From the NCBI GenBank assembly GCA_951406725.2, contig OX597815.1, positions 191,952,001 to 192,016,000 of the forward strand: a DNA stretch of 64,000 bases. The letters run 5' to 3'. Source of the DNA: Octopus vulgaris. Its lineage: Eukaryota. Each line of letters starts with the position of its first letter. Within the stretch, counting starts at the first letter, position 1. Position numbers and translations under genes: made by a program. This document shows, piece by piece, positions 52,551 through 64,000 of this stretch. Under the pieces are notes generated by a model. The model worked only from the letters and a program-made list of their open reading frames with translations. It had not been told where the DNA came from and ran no database searches.

Positions 52551-52596
52551 GACACCTGATGAAGGCTGGAGGGTATACCAGCTGAAACATTGTGTT
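52551..52596 (+). ncRNA. Minimal hammerhead motif, canonical core
   Basis: gacac-CTGATGA-a-ggctgg-agggtata-ccagct-GAAA-ca-TT-gtgtt: 5-bp stem I and 6-bp stem II. Confidence 0.6.
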
Positions 52597-52898
52597 AACA
52601 ACAAACAAGATCCTCATCTTGATCCTCATCAGATACATATATGTGCATGCATGCGTGTGTGTATGTGTATGTGTGTGGGGTACATGCGTCTTAATGCATG
52701 TGTTAGCAAGCATTTCCGTAGCCGTGGGTGTGGCTGTGTGGTAAGAAATTTGCTTCCCAACCACAAGGTTCTGGGTTCAGACCCACTGTGTGGAACCCTG
52801 AGCAAGTGTCTTCTACTAGAGCAACAAGCCAAGCAAATCTTTCTCAGTGAATTCGGTAGATGGAAACTGAATATTCTTTCATATATATATATATATAT

Positions 52899-54987
<2,089 letters not shown>

Positions 54988-55316
54988 ATATATATATATA
55001 TATACATATATATATACACACACATAAACACATACACATACATACACACATCTATTTTACTTTACTAACATAAATCAGAAAAGTAGGTCACCCTGAGAAA
55101 ATGCCAATTTACATACATACATTCATATATGTGTGATATACACATATTAAAATGCATTCATATATGTCCATATGTACACATATGCACACATACACACACA
55201 CACATTCATATATATTGACTGGTTTTTCATTGGCTGTTTCTTGTCTTTGTGAGGGAGAGAAATATCTTGTTAAGAGTCCATTCCGTTTTTTAAATTTTTT
55301 TCATTTTGAGAAATAA

Positions 55317-55403
55317 ATGAAATGAAGTGAAGTGAAGTGAAGTGAAGTGAAGTGAAGTGAAGTGAAGTGAAGTGAAGTGAAGTGAAGTGAAGTGAAGTGA
55401 AGT
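55317..55403. repeat. (GAAGT)n pentanucleotide microsatellite
   Basis: Seen directly. Confidence 0.95.
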
Positions 55404-55702
55404 GGAGTACATCATATAATCTTTATATATGTATATTTAATTTGATTTCCTGATTTCTGTTGCTTTCATTTGCAACTATAAAGTCCTTAATACTCAACGA
55501 TAGAGGCTGCTATTTCGATTTTCGTGTGTGTGTGGGAGGAATCTCTCCAGCATGAAATAATTAAGGGTATATTAATTACATTAATTTACATTAAAATATG
55601 AGCACAATTTGGGAAAGATTTTAGGTAGAAGTTGATGGTTGTCTGCAGAAAATATTTAAAGGTACATGCTCACAAACACACACACAAATTGACCATAGTA
55701 TA

Positions 55703-55737
<35 letters not shown>

Positions 55738-55915
55738 TGTGTACTTTTCTAATTTTTCCTCTCATCTTATCATCCCATTTTTAGTTTGTTATGCCATGTG
55801 GGCAGTGTCTGATAATTGTGCTAGGACACCAGACATGTTAGAAAATACTGTTTGCCATGCTCTCAGCACATGAAATTAATAGTAGCACATAGCTACATAA
55901 AATAGTGTTTATTAA

Positions 55916-55950
<35 letters not shown>

Positions 55951-56389
55951 TGAAGGTGCATGGTCTGGTGGTTAAGGTGTTGTGCTATTGATCTAGTGAT
56001 CATGGTTTCAATTCTTGGGTCAAGTGGGGTATTGTGGTTTTGAGCAAAACACTTCATTTCATGTTGCTCCTGTCCACTCAACTATAAATAGGTACCATAG
56101 TAGCCTTCCGATTAGGGCGAATGCTGGCCTTCTGGCCAAGCCAGTATGATTGATTCTACATACTTTATAGTCACATGGCTTTTTGATGGATTTCAGAGTT
56201 GATTATGATATTTGAATTTTTGTGAAGGTTATAATTAGTAGTAGTGGATAATTACTAGGCAGTAAGGACCACGTAGTTATTAAAATAAGTAGTCACTTGT
56301 ATTTTAAATTCTTCTAATTTATTATTATTGCTTAAAGTGTTTTTAGGTTATGTTATATTGTAAATCACTGCATATAGATATGCAACAAT

Positions 56390-57012
56390 ATGAGACCATA
56401 ACCCATGGCCTATGCCAGTGGTGTATAACCAGCCCACTTATGAGTACCCTTCATTCATTGGGCAATAAACTTTGCTTGTGAAGACCTGTTGAGTCAAGTG
56501 AAATCAAAATCAAAATCGCTGACGTGGCTGATGACAGTACCACTTGATTGGCACTCGTGCCAGTGAAACATTAAAAGCACCATCCAAGCATGACTGTTGC
56601 CAGGGTTGCTGACTGGCTCCGTGCCGGTGGCACATAAAAAGCACCATTCGATTGTGATCATTGCCAGCATCCCCTTACTGGCACATGTGCTGGTGGCACA
56701 TGAAAAACAACATTCGAGTGTGGTTGTTGCCAGTGCTGCCGGACTGGCTCCTGTGCAGGTGACACATAAAAAACACCTTTTGAGCGTGGTCATTGCCAGT
56801 ACTGCCTGACTGGCCCTCGAGCTGGTGGCATGTAAAAGCACCCACTACATTCTCGGAGTGGTTGACGTTAGAAAGGGCATCTAGCTGTAGAAACTTTGCC
56901 AGATCAGATTGGAGCCTGGTGCAGCCTTCTGGCTTGCCAGTCCTCTGTCAGATCGTCCAACCCATGCCGGCATGGAAAGTGGACGTTAAACTACGATGAT
57001 GATGATGATGAT
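56390..57012 (+). mobile_element. Family C long copy with an internal array of about 60-bp modules
   Basis: About five repeats of tgccag...ggtggcacgtaaaaagcacc-like units before the aagggcatc core. Confidence 0.8.
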
Positions 57013-57359
57013 GCAGTTAATGTGATTGAAACACTTGTCGGACAATTATTATGAATAAGCTAAATGGAAATAAACATAAAGCTTGAATGTTCAAATTCTT
57101 CATTCTCCTTATTTTTGAAATTGTACTTTACACTCTAAGTAGCCAAGTAATAAACTGTAACATTGTCAGTGAACAGGTCGCGGTCTCAAAGTGACGAAAA
57201 TATTTTGGCAAATTAAATTTAAATGTTGAAATGAATCCTAACAGGTTTTGTGTGTTTCTTAAATGGCTTATAAATGCCTTCCACGCCGCAATTGTTTTTG
57301 TTCCAGCACACGATCTCAGATCAGGTCACTTGCTATGCAAGTACATCTCCATAATATAT

Positions 57360-57693
57360 GGTGGTGACCCCCTTCGGTCAGACACTGACCATGGGTTTTG
57401 CACCTAGAGAGTTACCCTCTGGGCACAAGTCTGGGCAAGGTTGTTTTATGGAAGACCAGCAGTCGCCCATGCATACCGGCCTCCCCTCTCCACGTCACCG
57501 ATGTTGTCCAAGGGAAAGGCAAGGGCCGATACAGCTTGGGACCTGTGACATCGCAACTCATTTCTACAGCTGAGTGAACTGGAGCAACGTGAAATAAAGT
57601 GTCTTGCTCAAGAACACAACACGCAGCCTGGTCCGAGATTCGAGCTCACGATCGTAAGCTCGACGCTCTAACCACTGTGCCACGAGCCTCCAT
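57360..57693 (-). mobile_element. SINE family E (tRNA head plus CORE-like central domain)
   Basis: Reverse complement: tggaggctcgtggcacagtggttagagcg ... gttgtgttcttgagcaagacactttatttcac ... ctcagctgtagaaatg. Degenerate relatives lie at about 16140-16280 and 55950-56090. Confidence 0.7.
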
Positions 57694-57696
57694 TCC

Positions 57697-57735
<39 letters not shown>

Positions 57736-58044
57736 ATATATGGTACATGGATGGGATGCTGAATGCACTTTAACCAAACTACAAGATGTCGAAGACAAGA
57801 AACCGAATGGACATAAAGCTGAATGGACAAAATGTTGAAAAGACTCACGGAAATTGAAATTTAATCTCGTTAAATCTTAAATGCCAAATTGGTCATTAAA
57901 CTATGTAGGTAGGAATGTTTATTTTTTTTTTTCCATTGTGTCCATTTGGTTTTATTCCTGGTTCCATTCGGCTTTTTGGCTTCAGCTTCTTGTCCTTTGT
58001 CAAAGACACATCCGGCATCTTGTCTGCGCACGATATATATATAT

Positions 58045-58106
<62 letters not shown>

Positions 58107-58109
<3 letters not shown>

Positions 58110-58343
58110 ATTTAAAAGCAGCAGAAATATAGCAAAAGCTGTTACTCAGAGTTTCACGTATCCGTTCGTTGGGCAGTTTTATTAAAATAGAAAAAGAAAC
58201 TGTCAGGCGAACGGGAACATGAAACTCTGAGTAACAGCTTTTGTTATATTTCTGCTGCTTTTAAATAAAGCATATTACTCTACCTCTGGTATTTGAGTAC
58301 TCTTTTTTCCACCTTGTTTCACATTTATGTGCTTACTCCGCTA
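58107..58343. mobile_element. Penelope-like inverted structure: imperfect inverted arms of about 73 bp, each carrying a decayed hammerhead motif
   Basis: Arms at 58107-58179 and 58197-58269; motifs at 58139-58176 (-) and 58200-58237 (+). Flanked by (TA)n. Confidence 0.7.
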
Positions 58344-58391
58344 TATATATACACACAGACATACCTACATACATATATGTTTGCGTATAGG

Positions 58392-58437
<46 letters not shown>

Positions 58438-58440
58438 AAC

Positions 58441-58504
58441 CACCTGATGAATGACTGTAACTCGAAAATTTAAAGAAATTAACAGCCATGAAATGATCGT
58501 AGTG
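58441..58504 (+). ncRNA. Hammerhead motif with canonical core and long stem II
   Basis: cac-CTGATGA-atgactgt...acagccat-GAAA-tgatcg-TA-gtg. Confidence 0.55.
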
Positions 58505-59999
58505 TTATATTAATTATATTTTTTTAATAATTTTGTTGTATATTTAAATAATATAAATTAAATAATCTTATGTATTGGCTTAAGTTTTTCATTGTATGAT
58601 TTGCCTAATAGTGGTTTTATCTCTAATTTAATATAATATAATATATATATATATATATGTGTGTGTGTGAGTGTATATGTGTATATGTATGTACACACAC
58701 ACACATAGCTCTTAATTGAATCCTGCCAGCAGGTTCCATATTGCATATTAACCGATTCCACTTTGTTGCAAGCCATTCAGATCCAGGTCTCTGCTGTGTC
58801 AACGACTGCCTCTCTCTCTCTCTCTCTTACTCCCCACCATTCTTGGAAACCTTGCAAAAGAGTCACATGTACTGTTCTCCCTCCTTAGAAGACTGCACCA
58901 TTAATAAACGCAACAATGACAGGATAACAGCAACAACAACAATAAACAAGAAGAGAAACAATAACAAAAACAACAGCAGTTTTCATTTTGCCATTTTCTC
59001 TTAACTACGATTTTTTTTTCTTCCTCGTTTCACTTTGTATTACTCAGCCTTATTTTATCACCTGATAGCAATTATGTATATGTATTCAGTCCGTAACCAA
59101 AGGATCTGCTTAGAGCTTTTGATGAACAATTATATAAAGTCAACCCAGCTGTTATACGCTGTCACTTGGACGCGTCTTACATTTGTCTGTGACAGTTTCA
59201 AGCAATGTTGGTCCTTGCGAGGACTGCATTTAAACGTTGACGCTTTTCAGGGACGTTAACAACTTTAGGCTTTTTCTACTTGGCTTATTTTCTTGCCATT
59301 CTACAGCTGTTTCACTTTGTTAAAAAAAAACTGTGCGGCAGGACACACACACACATACACAAACATATATATATACATATGCATATATATATATATATAT
59401 ATATACATATATATAAATAGATGTGTGAATTTTTCCCTTGTTAACAATTAGCATGGAAAAAATAGATAAATAGATAAATCACACAAGTAAAAAGGTTGTA
59501 ACTCCTTGCTTTTAAAGGTAGAAACATATATATATATACATACACACACACACACATAAATATGCATGATAGGTTTCTTTTAGTTTCTGTCTATCAAATC
59601 CCCTGACAAGGTTTTAGTCTGCCCAGGACTATGACAGAAGGCATTTATCCAAGGTACCATGTGCGGGGACGAGAATCTAACCTGAAAACATGTCGGCTGG
59701 AAACAGAGCTTCTTAACCATACAGCAACGCCTCTGCATACTTACAGACATAGAAATACACTGACATACTTCCATATGTCCCGTAGACGTATACAAATAAC
59801 ATTACCCATTATTGTCAACAGTAAAGAATAATTACATATTTGTTTAATTAAGCTAGATAAAATCTCATTATATCTAATGAACTTTCTCTGTACTTCATTC
59901 CATTTTGCTCAGACTAATACGAGGTCAAGTAAACTCTCGTTATCTTTCGTATTGACCATAAATCTGTAACAGAAAAATCCAAGAATGCATCTCATAGAC

Positions 60000-60273
60000 C
60001 AGTGGTTCCCAAACTTTTTCAGGCTGCTGCCCCCTTGGCACCTGGGCCACATTTCTACTACCACCCATCCCCATTCACCAACACCATCACAAACATAGAC
60101 CGCTTTCTGCAGCAAATTCAAAACAATTATATTTCATAAATAAAACTTAATCTAATTGACCCATTATTCTTTTATTTTTTTTTTACTTCACCCCATTTTT
60201 CTTCAACACCCCACTGTATCTCCCCCAATCCCACCCCAAGGGGTCACTGTACAGCTCACTTGGGGAACCACAG
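60000..60273. mobile_element. hAT-like MITE
   Basis: TIRs cagtggttcccaaa and ttggggaaccacag; 8-bp target duplication tcatagac/tcatagat. Confidence 0.75.
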
Positions 60274-61118
60274 TCATAGATTAAGCCTTCTCTTCAGAGT
60301 AAAAAAAAAAAATATTATTTTGTTTTATAGGCACAAGGCCTGAAATTTGAGGAAAAGGGGCTTTTTCATTACATTGACCCAGTAATAAAGGTAGTGAGCA
60401 GGCAGAAACGTTAGCATGCCGGGTAAAATGCTTAGCAGTATTTTGTCTGTCTTTATGTTCTGAGTTCAAATTCCGAGAAGGTCAACTGTGCCTTTCATCC
60501 TTTCGGGGTCAATAAATTGTGTACCAGTTGTGTACTGGGGTCGATCTAATCGATTGGCCCCCTCACAAAAATTTCAGGTCTTGTGCCTAGAGTAGAAAAG
60601 AATATTAATTTTAAGAAAGGTGGCGAGCTGGCAGAAACATTAGCATGCTGGGCGAAATGCAGTAGCACACCTGTTTCTGTTTTCATTCCTGATCATTCTC
60701 TCTCTGGTCAGGTAACCTTGTACTTCCTCTACAGCAAGACACCTATATCTGTCTCACTATAACCTTTTGATCATCACCTCATACCCTCTTAAAAGTTTTT
60801 GTCTTGCAAGTGCTTGGTGACCCAGTCAGTGCAGGTGCCACTTAAAAGTAAAGTGGTTATTGTTAGGAAGGGCATCCACCTGTAAAAACCTTGCCAAAAC
60901 AGTCACAGAAGTCTAGTGCAGGCTTCAGCCTGGCCAGCTCCTGTGGTACCATTCCACCCATGCTAGCATGGAACACAGACCTTAAACAATGATGAGGCTC
61001 CAGTCAGCTCACCTGGCAAAAATGAGTAGTACCTGTATTTCAAAGGGCCAGCCTTGTCCCATTCTTGTCATGCTGTATCTCCTTGAGAACTATGTTAAGG
61101 GTACATGTGTCTGTGGAA

Positions 61119-61349
61119 GGCGGCGAGCTGGCAGAAATGTTAGCATGCCGGGTGAAATGCGTAGCTGTATTTTGTGTGCCGTTACGTTCTGAGTTCAAAT
61201 TCCGCCGAGGTCGACTTTGCCTTTCATCCTTTCGGGGTCGATTAAATAAGTACCAGTTACGCACTGGGGTCGATATATTCGACTTAATCCATTTGTCTGT
61301 CCTTGTTTGTCCCCTCTGTGTTTAGCCCGTTGTGAGTAGTAAAAAAATA
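61119..61349 (+). mobile_element. SINE B inserted into the 3' part of a SINE D
   Basis: 18-bp target duplication ggtaca(t/c)gtgtctgtgga at 61100-61117 and 61350-61367. Confidence 0.9.
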
Positions 61350-63444
61350 GGTACACGTGTCTGTGGAGTGCTCAGCCACTTGTTCATTAATTTCACAAAC
61401 AGGCTGTCCCGTTGTCTAGATCAACTGAGACACTCATTTTCGTATCTGATGAGTGCCAGATATTTCATCAGAAATATGGCGACAAGAAGGCTAAATTCTT
61501 ATATTATAACACAGTTGGTACACATATTGTTTAACCCTAAGTCAAGTCAACCTCGATCAATCAGACATATGATCAAATATAGTGTAACCAGGCCAACCTA
61601 ATTCTTCCCAGACCATACTGGGGCTTTGCTGGTGTATTCTCATGTGTTAAAATGACATGCTATCAAAACTATTTAGAAAGAGGATATGTCTGTTTATTGA
61701 ATGTATCATGAAATAATTATGTCCTATTAATCTTAAAAAAAGACGAGAGAAATATCTGTTATGTCAACAGCTAATTTCATTTCATCATTGGTTCTAGGCT
61801 ACTTGTCTGCTCTCCTCCTTCTTCTCCTTCAACAAAACCCACCACTAACAATAATAAACAATACGAACCTATGAGAAAACTTCTATGTGGTTGTTTGACC
61901 TGTTAGATATAGTAGTCAAATCTCCCTCGAATCACACACTATTGTTTTTAAAAATTAAAAAACGGGGGGAAGACTCTTTGAATGATGTGGTTCTAGAGTT
62001 AATGAGGATGGAAATAAAATAAAGGGAAAAAGAAAAATTGCTGGAATGATTTTGATGAATATAGTTCTGGTTAATCAGGGCTAATCATGGACAAAACAAC
62101 AACAATAACAAGAATAACAACAGCCAATGAATGAACCATTCAATGGAATTTTAACCAGATAAAAAATAGCAGCCTCGTGTTGCTTAAATCACATCCTACT
62201 GTCTTGAAAATGGAAGGTCATACTCTTTTACTCTTTTACTTGTTTCAGTCATTTGACTGTGGCCATACTGGAGCACTGCCTTTAGTCAAGCAAATCGACC
62301 CCAGGACTTATTCTTTGTAAGCCTAGTACTTATTCTATCGGTCTCCTTCCAGAAAGCACTAATATTCGGTCTGGGTAAAATATATTTTGGTGAAGCATTC
62401 TGCATACCATATGTAAAATATGATAAGGTCTCACATATGTAATATTCTGAATTAAAAGTTTAACCCAGATTATCCAAAATGTATGTATCAAGAAAAGATA
62501 AAAACTTTCTACATGGGGATATTTAAAACCTAAAACCACTAGCAAGGGAGTTAACTCTAATAAGATCATCATCATCATTGTTGTCATTTAAAGCCTGCTT
62601 TCCATGCTGGCATGGGTTGGATGGTTTGCCAGGAGTTGGCCAGGCATGAGCTTTACCAGAATTCTGTGTGTGTTTTGGCAGAGTTTTATGGCTCAATGCC
62701 CTTCCTAACACCAACCACCCAGCAGAGAGGACGGAGTGCTTTTTACATGGCATGAGCACAGGGGAAGTCAGTTTTGGCATGGTTGTTACAGCTTGAGGCC
62801 CTTTCAAATGCCAACCACTTTACAGTGTGGACTGGATGCTTTTTGCATGGCACCAAACACTGGCCGGGTCACTAAGTAACTTGTAAGACAAAGATCCTTT
62901 GAGAGAGGAGAGGGGGAATTGGAGGAGGAAGGCAAAGAGCTTTTGAGAAGAGAGGGCTTTGGTGGAGGTGATCTTGTGTCGGATAATGAAAGGTTCAAGT
63001 GTAACTGGGAGACAGAGAGGCAGAGACAGGTGTCTTGTTGTAGAAGAGGTACATGGTTAACTAGCCAGAGAGAGAGAGAGAGAAAGTGGATGGAAACTTT
63101 TTGGTGAATATAGACAATGTTGATTGAAGCAGATATGGTATTTACAGCCAACAAGTGTAAACAGGAGACTAGAGATAGGTTTAGGAAGAACGTGAGTTGG
63201 CTGAGGAGGAGAAAAGAGAGAGAGGAAGAGAGACATTTTGGAAACAAGCTGTTTCCATTCTGATAAGTCATAAAGCATTATACTTAACTACTTATAAACA
63301 GAAAAAAACACATAAGTGGTTTATTGCTGAACATCTGTTTGGTCAGTATGTATCTGGGATGGTGCTGTTGCCGTGCACATACATACACATACACATGCAT
63401 ACACATACACACATGTGCACACACGTACACACACGCACTTCCAT

Positions 63445-63565
63445 GCAGACATTCTGGAAAACAAAAGACAAGCCACTCGACTTACTGTCGTGAAGTCATT
63501 TTCCAAAATACTTAAAGCTCTGGCTCATCAACAGGATGTGTCCTCTCTTTACTTCTGCATGACCA
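63445..63565 (+). mobile_element. Degenerate CR1/Jockey-like LINE fragment
   Basis: KRQATRLTVVKSFSKILKALAHQQDVSSLYF resembles QRRAIRL...LxxLxHRRDVASLxLF. Confidence 0.35.
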
Positions 63566-63618
63566 GCTGACCACGTTTTATCAATAATAACGGCTAATTG
63601 TAATATTTTATATATAAA

Positions 63619-63985
63619 CTAGCAGTATCGCCCGGCGTTGCTCGGGTTTGTTTCAAACCTTCAGAATTGGAATTTTTGAAAAGTAAAAATTTTGCATTAT
63701 GTAGCTTGCCATTCCCTTTAAGTGAACATTTTTCTGGTTGAAATACACCGAAAAATGGTGACACAGCAGTCAAAAAATTGTAAAAAATAGGGATTTTCAT
63801 AGAAAAAAAAGCACCTTTTTGATGTAAATAATTTTTGGTGTTAACATGGTCCGATTTGAATTTTTTCTTGTACGGAATGAAGAGCAAGCCTTCTATCATA
63901 CTCTCAATTTTGGTCAACTTGCGCTGCAGGGTCTCGGAGGAGATAGTGTTAGTTGAAGGCTACCAAACCTGCCACACACAGACAA
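63619..63985 (-). mobile_element. Non-autonomous Helitron-like element, 3' end
   Basis: Reverse complement ends with the hairpin cccg-agcaacgc-cggg followed by cgatactgCTAG|T. Confidence 0.6.
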
Positions 63986-64000
63986 GGTACATAATAATCA

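Noticed and set aside
56520-56845. Repeat-spacer pattern superficially like a CRISPR array
   Set aside because: Eukaryotic context, spacers are related to each other, there are no cas genes, and it lies inside family C.
59060-59300. Unique CpG-containing segment with a 74-aa ORF and a minus-strand GTAAGA donor
   Set aside because: No consistent acceptor-frame-donor combination. It could be regulatory or UTR, but the sequence alone cannot support that.
61443-61480. CTGATGA...GAAA spacing
   Set aside because: It derives from a mutated SINE D tail, and stems I and III do not form.

Overview
Very AT-rich, repeat-saturated eukaryotic intronic or intergenic DNA. The repeat landscape suggests a coleoid cephalopod such as Octopus, but this is inference from the SINE families and microsatellite load. 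There is no intact gene: nearly all ORFs in the supplied track are translations of microsatellites or SINEs. The window holds dozens of tRNA-derived SINE copies (labelled A, B, D and E here), 3' relics of non-LTR retrotransposons (Tx1/L1-like, CR1, RTE, R4/Dong), DNA transposon relics (mariner/Tc1, piggyBac-like TTAA MITEs, hAT MITE, Helitron/Helentron) and long fold-back palindromes. One well-supported orphan 108-nt coding exon lies on the + strand (26565-26672), probably from a large host gene I cannot identify. The most notable signal is about nine hammerhead-ribozyme-like motifs, several with non-canonical cores, in short Penelope-like fragments that mostly sit in or beside (TA)n, (CA)n or (AAT)n tracts. 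Other notable signals are microsatellite-targeted R4/Dong relics and modular SINE/LINE tail sharing. All family assignments come from motif recognition by eye, not database searches, and most repeat boundaries are approximate.
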